Made by a program: the position numbers and the translations under genes. From a virus: DNA of 64,000 bases. A model generated the notes under the pieces. That model made no database searches. It was not told the DNA's origin and saw nothing but the letters and a program-made list of their open reading frames with translations. The stretch is from the IMG/VR virus record IMGVR_UViG_3300028840_000888, positions 9,775 through 73,774 of that record. One strand, written 5' to 3'. This document shows positions 38,783 through 47,876 of this stretch, in pieces (position 1 is the first letter of the stretch; each line of letters starts with the position of its first letter).

Positions 38783-38990
38783 TTCCACGTGATGCCTCCA
38801 TCTGTATGCACTTGGCATAAAGCGCGCCAGCGCAAAATGACGCGAATTTCGCGTCCACTTCATCAGGATCATACCCGGCCTCCCGCAACATCTCGTTTAT
38901 CTCTTCGCCCGTCTCCGGCTCTACCTCGTCAAAGAGTTGGGCAAAAGCGTCTATTAGTTCCTGGTCGCTCTTTCGCTTGCCTGTGTTCAT
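38772..38990 (-). CDS. Hypothetical protein
   Basis: Coupled ORF. Confidence 0.55.
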   Translation of the reverse strand: MNTGKRKSDQELIDAFAQLFDEVEPETGEEINEMLREAGYDPDEVDAKFASFCAGALYAKCIQMEASRGNEN

Positions 38991-40477
38991 TAAAACAGCC
39001 TCCGTTGTTCAGCCCGCGCCCGTTCGCGCCGGGGCTGCTGCCCTTGAAATAGCGGCGCGTCCAGTTCCACCGCGCCGGTGATGTCCCAATGTTGTACCCT
39101 AGCGCGGGCGATGTCTAGGTAGTCGTCTACCATGTCAATGCCCACCACCTCATCCCACCCGTCCTGCAATGCCGCGAGAACCTCGGAGCCTGAGCCGCAG
39201 AATGGGACTAATAGCCGCCTTGGGGTTTCGCGTGGCGGGGGGAGCAGTAGCGTAGCGATGTAACGCAGGATTTCGAGCGGTTTCACCGTCGGATGGATAT
39301 TGCCCGTGGCGCGCTGGCGTTTGGGCGTCTGCTCCCACGTCTCTTTGTCTATCCGGCGGAATCCCGACGGGCGCCGTTTGTCGCGTACCCAATAGAAGTC
39401 ATCAAGGCCCTTATGGCGCTCACTCGGTGAGGATTTCGCGCAGTAGTAGAAGCGGGCGGCGGTGCCTGTGTCGGCTCCGCGTGGGTTATTGACCACACGT
39501 GCCTTATGGCCGGTGCGCCACGCGCCATGTTTCATTTCTGGCAGACTTCGCCCTTGTCCACCACTTGGCCGCTCCCCGCTCTGCTCCGCAAGGGCACGGA
39601 CTTGGCAGCCGGGCCGCTCGTGGTCGTCGGTCTCGCACTCACAGCTTAGTAGCGTATTCTGTGGGAAGGCACCTTTGGTGGTGGTGCCGCTATACTGTTG
39701 TTTAGCTCGTGTCCCTGACCCTTCGCCTAAAAGCTGCCCATTCTGATAGGCATTATGGCATAGCGGCCTCACTGTGCTTTCTCCCCACCTCTCAATCCTA
39801 CACCCGCCCACGTTCAGCCCACCGCAGCCCCACACGCGGGCGTTGTTGGCGAAGGTGCCGTCGCGCTGATTCTGCGCGATGATGATGGGCTCGTGTGACG
39901 GGCGCAGGTTGCTGTGGTAGTCGTCCCAATCGCGGGCGAGGTCGGTGGCGGGTGCGGTCTGCTTCGCTTGTCCGCGTGTTTCGCTATAAAGTCCCGCCCT
40001 TGCTGTGGCGCGCTGATACGTTCCGTTTGCGAAACGCTTGCGCCCCACAACCTCCCGTTCCGCCCCCGCCTCCTCATCCAACTTCTTGGAGATATTGGCA
40101 CCCTTCGCAAATCCCTGCGAGTGCATCCACGCGATGCAATCACGGATTTCGTACCCGCCGAGCCGCAGCCCTAATGACAGGAAATCCTGTGTGCGTGTCC
40201 CGCCAAACGCAAATAGCAGCGCGCCGGGCTTCTGCACCCGTCGCACGGCTTGCCACGCCGCAGGCGAGGGCATCACATCCCACTTGCGCCCCATAAACCC
40301 GGCGCCAGTGTTGTACTCTTGCATAGCAAGCCACGCCTGCAGCAGGTCGATGGTTTTACTCGTCGTCATGTCCGCCAACGCATACGGCGGATCCGTCAGC
40401 ACCGCGTCAAACGTGCGCGGTTCCATCTGCGCGAGCACTTCAGCCACGTCACCGAGGTAAAAGGTTGCAGTACTCAT
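38990..40477 (-). CDS. N4/N6 DNA methyltransferase (beta class)
   Basis: TDPPY, HPTVKP, PFCGSGS. Confidence 0.9.
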   Translation of the reverse strand: MSTATFYLGDVAEVLAQMEPRTFDAVLTDPPYALADMTTSKTIDLLQAWLAMQEYNTGAGFMGRKWDVMPSPAAWQAVRRVQKPGALLFAFGGTRTQDFLSLGLRLGGYEIRDCIAWMHSQGFAKGANISKKLDEEAGAEREVVGRKRFANGTYQRATARAGLYSETRGQAKQTAPATDLARDWDDYHSNLRPSHEPIIIAQNQRDGTFANNARVWGCGGLNVGGCRIERWGESTVRPLCHNAYQNGQLLGEGSGTRAKQQYSGTTTKGAFPQNTLLSCECETDDHERPGCQVRALAEQSGERPSGGQGRSLPEMKHGAWRTGHKARVVNNPRGADTGTAARFYYCAKSSPSERHKGLDDFYWVRDKRRPSGFRRIDKETWEQTPKRQRATGNIHPTVKPLEILRYIATLLLPPPRETPRRLLVPFCGSGSEVLAALQDGWDEVVGIDMVDDYLDIARARVQHWDITGAVELDAPLFQGQQPRRERARAEQRRLF

Positions 40478-40642
40478 CGCCGCAACCTCCGTGCGTTAGC
40501 GCGCCAGCGCCAGTTATCCGTATCGCGTACCGTTATCCAGATCCGCCGAAACACACGCCGTAATCCGGTCGCCCGTTGGTATCTGCGTACCACTGCCTTG
40601 TTGTACGGGCATGTGTCGTCGCAACGGTACAGGCTGCACCAG

Positions 40643-40852
40643 TTACACTGCATAGTATTCATACCCCCGCTTGTGTTGTCCACCGTAAACAATGCGGCGC
40701 TGCTCAATTTTCTTCAAGGATACCAAAACCCTCAAATTATGCTGAATCCCACCTCGCGTCACTCCGAACCTTCGTGCTATCTCGGCACTTGTGCGCCCAG
40801 GATATTCACGAATCACGTCAAGGATGTCAGCTTGTGCCGGTGATAGTTTCAT
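40643..40852 (-). CDS. Winged-HTH DNA-binding protein
   Basis: TSAEIARRFGVTRGGIQHNL..L. Confidence 0.7.
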   Translation of the reverse strand: MKLSPAQADILDVIREYPGRTSAEIARRFGVTRGGIQHNLRVLVSLKKIEQRRIVYGGQHKRGYEYYAV

Positions 40853-41015
40853 CAGGTATTCTAAACTCCTTGCGGTCTTTGAACTCCTGCTGCTTCCCCA
40901 CATGCCACCCCTGTACAGGCGATAGGTAGCCGACGATGCGTGAGAAGACATCGCACGGCACGCCCGTCGGTACTTCTTCCTCTGTTTCTTCTTCCAATGG
41001 TTCGACCTCGTTCAT
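40827..41015 (-). CDS. Stand-alone NrdD C-terminal glycyl-radical-like domain
   Basis: VFSRIVGYL.P...W..GK..E..DR. Confidence 0.78.
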   Translation of the reverse strand: MNEVEPLEEETEEEVPTGVPCDVFSRIVGYLSPVQGWHVGKQQEFKDRKEFRIPDETITGTS

Positions 41016-41326
41016 TCCTCACCACCCATGCCAGAAAAGAACTCGAACAGATACCCTAGTGCAACGCCCATGCCGAAAAACAGAAAGGCGATGAAATAGG
41101 CGATGGTAAAGATCACCTTTAGCGTTTCAATGAATGGTAAAAGTTCAGGCGTGAGCCTCTTGATGAACATCTCAAAAAAGTGCAAGGAAAATGGGAAGGT
41201 GAAGGTTACACCAATAGTACACTTAGACATAAACCGCCAGCCCTCGCCGTTAATCCGGTTCATGTAAAATCTTGTGAAGTGTATCACAAAGGCACTCGCA
41301 ATCGTAATCAGCCCTGACGCTATCAT
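41012..41326 (-). CDS. Three-TM membrane protein
   Basis: Hydrophobic segments; AGGAG RBS. Confidence 0.6.
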   Translation of the reverse strand: MIASGLITIASAFVIHFTRFYMNRINGEGWRFMSKCTIGVTFTFPFSLHFFEMFIKRLTPELLPFIETLKVIFTIAYFIAFLFFGMGVALGYLFEFFSGMGGEE

Positions 41327-41892
41327 AGTAACGACTCCTTTCTTTTGTTTGGTATGGGTGGCGTAAGGTTCTCGTAGTACGACGGATCGGGCGGCGTCCA
41401 GTCCGGCGTGATCCCGGCGTCGCACATCTGCGTGGTAATGATCTTGATGCCGCTGTACAGTTCCTTGCGCTCAATCGTCAATGTACTTACGACTCCTCTG
41501 AACTCCTGTATTTGTAAGTTGGCCTGTAGCATCTCCGCAGAGTGCTCTTCGCGCATTTCGGCTATTTGCTTCTGGGCGCTCACGAGCTCATGGGTTACTG
41601 CCCGCTTATCCTTTTCACACTCTGCGCGCACCATTTTAATCTCGTCTGATAACTGCTTGCGCTCAGTGATTTCTTCACGTAGGCGCTGCTCAAGTGGGCC
41701 GATGATGTTCTCGCGCACTTCTGCCAGTATGAGATCATAGGTCTGCGCGGTGGTCTGCTGACTCGTGGCGTGGGCCTGCTCCTGGGTGACGTTGGCCTCA
41801 GCCCGCGACTTGCGCCATTGCAAAAGCATGTCAATGAGCTTGTTCACAATGAGCGTGCCACCACCTACGCCGATGATCTCATACCATTCCAT
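41323..41892 (-). CDS. N-terminal TM plus coiled-coil lysis-region protein
   Basis: Hydrophobic start, heptads, Pro-rich end; follows endolysin. Confidence 0.55.
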   Translation of the reverse strand: MEWYEIIGVGGGTLIVNKLIDMLLQWRKSRAEANVTQEQAHATSQQTTAQTYDLILAEVRENIIGPLEQRLREEITERKQLSDEIKMVRAECEKDKRAVTHELVSAQKQIAEMREEHSAEMLQANLQIQEFRGVVSTLTIERKELYSGIKIITTQMCDAGITPDWTPPDPSYYENLTPPIPNKRKESLL

Positions 41893-41895
41893 AGC

Positions 41896-42561
41896 TCACT
41901 CCGCGTCCATAAACTCGGCGTAGTCGTGATCAATATGGGCCATGCTGATGCCGTAGGACACACCGCCAAGCATAGCGTAAAACTGATCACGCCAGCCGGC
42001 GCCGTTCCACCCTGGGCAGGCTGTGGTGAAATAGTCACAATGGCCCTTTACCGTGTGGATGCCGGGATAGAGTTGCATCAGGTACTCGCACAGGTCAGCG
42101 GCTTTGCGCATCTGCACCAGCGGCGGCGGTTCATAATCCCACCGCCCTGCCAGGCCGATGCTCAGGTGCAGGTTGGGATCGTCCGGCGTGTGGTCATGCC
42201 AAAAGCCGTCCTCAAGGTCCACACAATACAGGGCCTCTCCGCGCGCTGTGATCCAAAAAGTATACTGAATCGTCGGGATTCCCTTACCGCCCTGTGCCTG
42301 CGGGCGCGTTGACCATGCCGCAAATGAACTGAGATTATGCGCCATCGTGTGGTGAATCGTAATTGAGTTGATTGCTGCAGTCGTGCGCTTTGTCCACCAG
42401 GTGCGTCCGTTTGCAACAAACCACGGATGGTCAGGCGCGTGGTTCTCCGGCATGTCGGCGCGCATGTCCGTCCAGGGATGCTCCGGCGGTGTATCCGGTT
42501 CGCGGGCCTCAATGGTCACGCTTTCGCCGTGTAATAGGTAAATCGTCTGTGTTTCGGTCAT
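41896..42561 (-). CDS. Endolysin, amidase_2 family
   Basis: ITIHHT, Y.F.I...G, SIG..G, GH.D, TACPG. Confidence 0.85.
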   Translation of the reverse strand: MTETQTIYLLHGESVTIEAREPDTPPEHPWTDMRADMPENHAPDHPWFVANGRTWWTKRTTAAINSITIHHTMAHNLSSFAAWSTRPQAQGGKGIPTIQYTFWITARGEALYCVDLEDGFWHDHTPDDPNLHLSIGLAGRWDYEPPPLVQMRKAADLCEYLMQLYPGIHTVKGHCDYFTTACPGWNGAGWRDQFYAMLGGVSYGISMAHIDHDYAEFMDAE

Positions 42562-42638
42562 CGCAACCTCAGCAATGATGCAAAGCCAGCGGCAATACGC
42601 AGCGGCAATTCAATAATAAACTTGATAAGCTCAAGCAT
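42558..42638 (-). CDS. 26-aa hydrophobic peptide (MLELIKFIIELPLRIAAGFASLLRLR)
   Basis: GAGG RBS; ATGA coupling to endolysin. Confidence 0.45.
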   Translation of the reverse strand: MLELIKFIIELPLRIAAGFASLLRLR

Positions 42639-42658
42639 AATGCACCTCTAAAACAGGT

Positions 42659-42688
42659 TTGCCAGGGCTGCTAATGCAACCCTGGCAA
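42659..42688 (-). terminator. Hairpin/terminator-like
   Basis: TTGCCAGGG/CCCTGGCAA stem. Confidence 0.45.
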
Positions 42689-42737
42689 GTGAAAGGAGAC
42701 TGACATGAACCGGCAGGGGTGCCGGATTTGGAGCGAT

Positions 42738-43124
42738 TCATTTTTGCATCTTCGCCAGGCGATAAAGCCCGGAACTCCCAAAGCCGCCGGAAATAGCCAA
42801 TACCAGCAAGTCGATGATCTTCTTGGCCCCGCCGGTGATCAGGCCGTCCTGAATAGCCAGGGCGATGCCGGAGAGCACCGTGCCAATGACCAGAGCCGTA
42901 AAGCGCACGGCCTCTCCCTGGATGCCGGTATACTCCTTGATCGCCTGTACTAGCAACAGGGTGAGCGCGGCTACACTTACTGCGCCGATTGCCAGTTCAC
43001 CGGACTGCGGCGCGGGGTATGGGTACTGGCCGCCTGCGCCCTTAGCAAATACTGGCAGGGCCACCATCAGGGCCAGGACTGCGGCCAATACTACCATCAA
43101 TTCAAGTTGCTGTCTCTTATTCAA
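42738..43124 (-). CDS. Holin-like membrane protein
   Basis: Multiple TMs, VQAIK, G..SSGLY; upstream of endolysin. Confidence 0.68.
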   Translation of the reverse strand: MNKRQQLELMVVLAAVLALMVALPVFAKGAGGQYPYPAPQSGELAIGAVSVAALTLLLVQAIKEYTGIQGEAVRFTALVIGTVLSGIALAIQDGLITGGAKKIIDLLVLAISGGFGSSGLYRLAKMQK

Positions 43125-43164
43125 TGTCTTACCTCCATAAGTTAAAGGAATAGATGTTCGGCTA

Positions 43165-43237
43165 AAGTGGGAGAGGGATTCGAGCCCTCGACCTCAAGAT
43201 TATGATTCTCGCGCTCTGCCATCTGAGCTATCCCGCA
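43165..43237 (-). tRNA. tRNA with CAT anticodon (Met or Ile2), degenerate
   Basis: Cloverleaf TAGCTCAG..GGCAGAGC, CGAGA-ATCATAA-TCTTG, GAGGG-CTCGAAT-CCCTC; no encoded CCA. Confidence 0.8.
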
Positions 43238-43250
43238 ACTATACAATACC

Positions 43251-43279
43251 ATTATACACCATAATTATTAATGGCGCAA
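43251..43279 (-). promoter_or_regulatory. Promoter for tRNA/lysis unit
   Basis: TTGCGC-N17-TATAAT. Confidence 0.7.
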
Positions 43280-43504
43280 CTTTACGTCATTCACAGCAGC
43301 GATGACCTTTGTCTTGATCTCGTCGCCGTAGGCCCGGAACGCAGATTTTAGCTCGCTAGGCGTCATGGTATGCCATGCGCCGTCATACTTAAAATTACGT
43401 TCATCTGCAAGATCAAGGATTGCTCCACACTCACACATGTACACATCGCCAAACGGGAACCAGTCAAGACACGTATTGCCCTTATCTTCGCCATGATCAC
43501 ACAT
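43268..43504 (-). CDS. Hypothetical protein
   Basis: AAGGAG RBS. Confidence 0.6.
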   Translation of the reverse strand: MCDHGEDKGNTCLDWFPFGDVYMCECGAILDLADERNFKYDGAWHTMTPSELKSAFRAYGDEIKTKVIAAVNDVKLRH

Positions 43505-43549
43505 TTCAAATCTCCTTTGTTGTTAGGTTAGTAAGATATTAGTTGCTGA

Positions 43550-45010
43550 CTAGAAGAGCCTGATCTGCACTTTCTCGCGCTCTCGCGCCAGTTCGTCATA
43601 GTCCGGGTTTAGCTCGATGCTGGCGGCCCGGCGGCGGTGCTGGTGGGCTACGCGCGCGGTGGTGCCTGAGCCGCCGAATGGGTCAAGGACGAGTTGCGGG
43701 CGCTTGGGGGCTGCATCGAGTTTGGCGAGGGTAGCGGCGATGTACTTAGGCGGGTGTTCTGGTAGCTCGTCAAGTTGCACTTGCAGGATGGCGCGTTTGG
43801 CGACGTTGGTTTCGTTGTCAATGCGGCGTTGTAGCTTGCGGCGCTCGATGTAGTCGTGGAAGGATTGCATGTCGATGTCGGGGTAATGGTTGCATTGAGG
43901 GATAAAGGCGAGGGTGTTGTGTTCATGCGCCGCCATTCTGCCCATGTTACTATGCCCGCGATTCAAAAAACACGCGCCGCTCTTTTCGCGGCCCTCGCCG
44001 CCGCCGGTGCTGGTAGCACTGCCCAATTGCACAACCCTTCTCCACGCCCTCCCACACACCGGGCACTCCCCCACCGCTGACGTGGACGCCAACAAAAACG
44101 GCTCCACGAGATCCGGCGGGAATACCGCGAAGTGCGCGCCGCTGTAGGGGCGGGGGTTCACGCGCAATAATAGCGGGTTGCCGTCGTCGGCGTGGTGTAG
44201 GTCCTTTTGCTGTAGGGCTTCGAGTTCTGCGAGGTGGGCGCGGGCTTGCTGGATTTCGTGGACAAGGTGCTGGTTGAGGGGGTCGGTGGTGCGATAGTTG
44301 CGGCCAGACCCACGCTCATATTCTATGATGCTCCCATCCCGACATGAGACCATATTTGTTTTTTTGCTACGTCTAGGAGGTCCGCCACCACTATCGCAAC
44401 TTGGCACCCGCACCGCATCCGCATCATAATAATACCGCTGCGACCGCACGAACTGAAAAATGTACTCGTGCACTTTCGTGGGTCTGTCCTTCACCGACTC
44501 CGGCATGGCGTTGGCCTTTATCCACGGCGGATCACTGCGTAATATCCAGCCGTCGGCTTGCAGGGCGAAGGCGATTCTCCACGGGATGCCGAGGAGGTTT
44601 TTTGCGGGGATGCCGGTGCGAGGTGGCCTTACGCGATTACCTTGCCTCATACCGGGCTGTCCAACTGTGCCGCCGGGTGCATTTTGCGACAAGCCACCAG
44701 ACTCGTATGAATCACCCAAGTTCAACCAAAGCACTCCATCATCCCGCAGCACTCGCGCAACCTCACGAAACACCTGCACCATGTGCAGCGTGTACAGCTC
44801 CGGCGTAGGCTCTAGTCCCAAACAGCCTGTCCACGCCGGGAACGTCAACGAGGGCAGGTTCGGCATAGGGCGGTATTGGCTGGCGGGCCAATATGTACCG
44901 GGTAAGCCGTAGTCACGCTGCTGGTAATACGGCGGCGAGGTAATACAGCACTGTGCTACATTATCAGCCAGAAAAGGCATATTTAGTGCGTTGGCGTTTA
45001 TCATCGTCAT
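43550..45010 (-). CDS. N4/N6 DNA methyltransferase (beta class, SPPY)
   Basis: TSPPY, HFAVFP, LDPFGGSGTT. Confidence 0.9.
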   Translation of the reverse strand: MTMINANALNMPFLADNVAQCCITSPPYYQQRDYGLPGTYWPASQYRPMPNLPSLTFPAWTGCLGLEPTPELYTLHMVQVFREVARVLRDDGVLWLNLGDSYESGGLSQNAPGGTVGQPGMRQGNRVRPPRTGIPAKNLLGIPWRIAFALQADGWILRSDPPWIKANAMPESVKDRPTKVHEYIFQFVRSQRYYYDADAVRVPSCDSGGGPPRRSKKTNMVSCRDGSIIEYERGSGRNYRTTDPLNQHLVHEIQQARAHLAELEALQQKDLHHADDGNPLLLRVNPRPYSGAHFAVFPPDLVEPFLLASTSAVGECPVCGRAWRRVVQLGSATSTGGGEGREKSGACFLNRGHSNMGRMAAHEHNTLAFIPQCNHYPDIDMQSFHDYIERRKLQRRIDNETNVAKRAILQVQLDELPEHPPKYIAATLAKLDAAPKRPQLVLDPFGGSGTTARVAHQHRRRAASIELNPDYDELAREREKVQIRLF

Positions 45011-45984
45011 CTCCTTGTCATTACTTCAACCGCCGTCGGCGGATCCGCAACCATGTCAATCGGCACACGCCACATGCCGGAGTTCTTTGCGCACGTCGTC
45101 AAGTAGTTAAGCATCCTGTCCGTGCTATTGATTCCCTGACCTGAACCGCTACACAATGCCTCCGCGAATAGTTGCCAGTCACCGCCGAATCGTTCTGTCA
45201 CGTCTCGTAGACTGGCGCTTTGCTTGGCGTTAAGCTCCACCGGGCGCCCATCGCCCACGGCCATCGTCATCATCTGCACGAACCACAGTTCATAGCTCTT
45301 CAACTCATACACGCGTACCTCATATTGATCTGTCATGTACCCGGCCATATCCTCAGCGAAAACTTGAGGAGGCGACGCTATGGAGGTAGTAGTATCAGGA
45401 TGTGTAGTAGCATCAGGCGGTGTAGTGTCATCTTTTCCTTGAATGACAGGAGTGCCGTGGGCTTTTGCCTCAAAAGCCGGATCCGTACTTTTACATGAAT
45501 CTTCTATAGCGTTAGGAGGTGCTAGAGCAAGAGTAATCTTTTGTAGTAATCTTATGGTAATGGTTTGCCCATTTTGGCCATGTGCCTTGTCCATTTTGGC
45601 CATGTGGTCAGTCACCCTATCGCGCCACACAATCAGTGTTTCTCTTGAAAGCTCTGCGATTCGCTCATAATTTATCGTGTACCAGCGTGTCTGATCACCT
45701 GGGCGTTTGTTATAGTTGCCCGTAACAATAACTTCAAGGTCTTCCAGCGCATTGACAATTCTACGTATGGTATGCGATGACCAAAACGGGAACTGCTTTT
45801 GCCACTCTTTGTAACTATTGTACACCCACACCTTGTCGTCATTGAAGTGCTTGGAGCGCATAAGCCAGTAGTGAAGCTGAGACAAAAACATGGCCTGGCG
45901 GTCACTTTTTAACACGGTTGCGAGGCGAGTGTCAACTATACGTACTTGCGCTTTTTCGGAATTTGTGGTATTATTATCATACAT
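45007..45984 (-). CDS. Replication initiator-like protein
   Basis: FLSQLHYW, WVYNSY.EW..QFPFWS..TI.R, D.T.WY.INY; internal repeats. Confidence 0.78.
   Translation of the reverse strand: MYDNNTTNSEKAQVRIVDTRLATVLKSDRQAMFLSQLHYWLMRSKHFNDDKVWVYNSYKEWQKQFPFWSSHTIRRIVNALEDLEVIVTGNYNKRPGDQTRWYTINYERIAELSRETLIVWRDRVTDHMAKMDKAHGQNGQTITIRLLQKITLALAPPNAIEDSCKSTDPAFEAKAHGTPVIQGKDDTTPPDATTHPDTTTSIASPPQVFAEDMAGYMTDQYEVRVYELKSYELWFVQMMTMAVGDGRPVELNAKQSASLRDVTERFGGDWQLFAEALCSGSGQGINSTDRMLNYLTTCAKNSGMWRVPIDMVADPPTAVEVMTRR
45565..45606. repeat. Two 20-bp direct repeats (candidate iterons)
   Basis: TTGCCCATTTTGGCCATGTG at 45565 and TTGTCCATTTTGGCCATGTG at 45587. Confidence 0.7.
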
Positions 45985-46044
45985 TAGATAAAACCTCCTG
46001 CGGTTTTGATTTGGCCCGGCGCTGGTAACGCCGGGCCGCTTTCT

Positions 46045-46296
46045 TTACTCCACTCTTTGTGACCATGATCGAGTAGCAAAGCTGCCCTTTGAGTCTGGCG
46101 CTGTCGCCTCGATCATCTTCTCCTTTACATCGTCATGCGTTTCAAGATTCATGAACCATCGCAACGCATACCGCACAAGCGCGGAACGCTTCACGCCTAT
46201 GCGCTTCGCCTCTGCGTCAAGGACATCACGTAGCTCTTTCGTGATCCTCACGCCCTCTGTTACCTGCAAGTCATATACGCCCGGTTTACCTGTCAT
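46045..46296 (-). CDS. Ribbon-helix-helix (CopG-like) regulator
   Basis: VRI..EL...LD..A...G..RS.LVR.AL. Confidence 0.7.
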   Translation of the reverse strand: MTGKPGVYDLQVTEGVRITKELRDVLDAEAKRIGVKRSALVRYALRWFMNLETHDDVKEKMIEATAPDSKGSFATRSWSQRVE

Positions 46297-46314
46297 CTTG
46301 TTTAACCTCCCTCT

Positions 46315-46343
46315 ATTATACCATACTCGCCCTAGTCATGCAA
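46315..46343 (-). promoter_or_regulatory. sigma70-like promoter
   Basis: TTGCAT-N17-TATAAT with TGn. Confidence 0.7.
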
Positions 46344-46352
46344 GTCACACTA

Positions 46353-46589
46353 CTACTTCACCTCTTGAATATACCAACCGCTTGACACCTCATCGGCGGC
46401 TATCTTGACGTATTCCAGGTCGTCTTCCTCGTTTACCATGTGTATTACGCGCCTTACCCTGAGTATGATTTTTCCGTATTTGTTATCTTTGGCGCGCGAT
46501 ATTATATCATCCTTACGTGGCACAATATCGCTCCAATAGACAAAGTACTGTACTTTGCCATGATGTGAATATGATACACCTATCTTCAT
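46353..46589 (-). CDS. Hypothetical protein
   Basis: AAGGAG RBS. Confidence 0.6.
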   Translation of the reverse strand: MKIGVSYSHHGKVQYFVYWSDIVPRKDDIISRAKDNKYGKIILRVRRVIHMVNEEDDLEYVKIAADEVSSGWYIQEVK

Positions 46590-46812
46590 GATCTATCTCC
46601 TTTCGCATTATGATGGTAAGTTCATTACCTCAACCTCATCCGCTATACATCGACAAATCTCCTCGGCGGTATGCTCTCCCTCGATAATAACGGGCAGATA
46701 CCACTCGCGCCCGCGCCACAGGATGATCACGAGGCGGGCGCCGTCGGTCATGATGCTGTGCTGCTTGCTGTCAATCGGCGGAAAGTGCTTATTTAGCTCC
46801 TGCATGATCTTG

Positions 46813-47193
46813 TCAGGCGTCATGCCCTTTACCCTCAACTGTCAGTAGGTACGCCCGTGCTATCTGCTCCGGGGTGGCCCTGATACAACGCCACACTGAC
46901 TCCGTACAACTATCTGGTGAAAAATCCAGAACGTCACCGAGACGATATGCGAACTTGCGCCATAAGTCGCGCCGTTCGATGTCATCAAGCAGCATGTCGG
47001 CGTGCTCGCGGTTGATGCATGGCTCGAAAAACACACGCCAATTTTCACTCGGTGGACGTCCGATATTCCACAGCTTGCCCTCACTATCATGCCACATTGT
47101 CCAGGGCGGGCATAGATGTACGCCTGCTGATCTCCAACCCAGAGCCCGTGCGCAGCGTCGGGCGATGTCCTCTTGCATTTGTAAGTCACTCAT
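46813..47193 (-). CDS. Phage protein (ABA-sandwich-like)
   Basis: IA..LGW...F.P.....A...ATPEQIARAYL. Confidence 0.5.
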   Translation of the reverse strand: MSDLQMQEDIARRCARALGWRSAGVHLCPPWTMWHDSEGKLWNIGRPPSENWRVFFEPCINREHADMLLDDIERRDLWRKFAYRLGDVLDFSPDSCTESVWRCIRATPEQIARAYLLTVEGKGHDA

Positions 47194-47522
47194 GACGCCT
47201 CCTTATTCTCTTGCCACTCAAGGACATGGAACTCGTGGAGCTTGAGGCCAAACGGCTCGCCATCAACCATGATGCTAACTGCACCGTACTGGTTGCATAT
47301 CGCGTCGTAGTCGCCGGGCAGTGCGCCGCAATCCCAACCACGCACATAGCTATTAAGCCGTATGCGCTTTGGCATGAAGTCCGGCTTAGGGCATACATGC
47401 CTACCCTGGATAGCTGCGGCCCGGTAGTAGTTGAGCGCCTTTAAGAGTTCGTTGCGCTCCTCGACCAGACACGCAAAGCAGTAGTTTTCAAACAATACGC
47501 CTTTATGTTTTTCACAGCTCAT
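47190..47522 (-). CDS. Hypothetical protein
   Basis: AAGGAG RBS, coupled. Confidence 0.6.
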   Translation of the reverse strand: MSCEKHKGVLFENYCFACLVEERNELLKALNYYRAAAIQGRHVCPKPDFMPKRIRLNSYVRGWDCGALPGDYDAICNQYGAVSIMVDGEPFGLKLHEFHVLEWQENKEAS

Positions 47523-47533
47523 TGTTTTTCTCC

Positions 47534-47854
47534 TTACCAAAAATTAAACCGACATAGCGGCCTAACAATGCCGACCAACTTGTCCTTTGTGATCCAGTCA
47601 ATAAGAATCTTCTCGAGCTCAGGAGACGGCAAAAAGGTAATCTCATCCGCAAAGAATCGCATCGGCACGCCATTCTTGCGTATGATGGTCTTGTGCGCAT
47701 ATCCTCGCACTTGAACCACGTCAATTATGCCAACCTCAATGATGGCGCTCTGATCTCCGCTTGTGTAGAGCTTCCAGTAAATACTGCCTTCAATTGGCTT
47801 GATGCTTCCGCGAGCGTAGTGCCTTCGTAACCATTGGCGGTATTTCCTTTCCAT
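47534..47854 (-). CDS. Hypothetical protein
   Basis: AAGGAG RBS. Confidence 0.55.
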   Translation of the reverse strand: MERKYRQWLRRHYARGSIKPIEGSIYWKLYTSGDQSAIIEVGIIDVVQVRGYAHKTIIRKNGVPMRFFADEITFLPSPELEKILIDWITKDKLVGIVRPLCRFNFW

Positions 47855-47876
47855 TTCACTCCTTCGTATTATCAAA

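Noticed and set aside
43165-43237. tRNA as prophage attachment site
   Set aside because: No duplicated 3' end, integrase or host genes; phage genes on both sides
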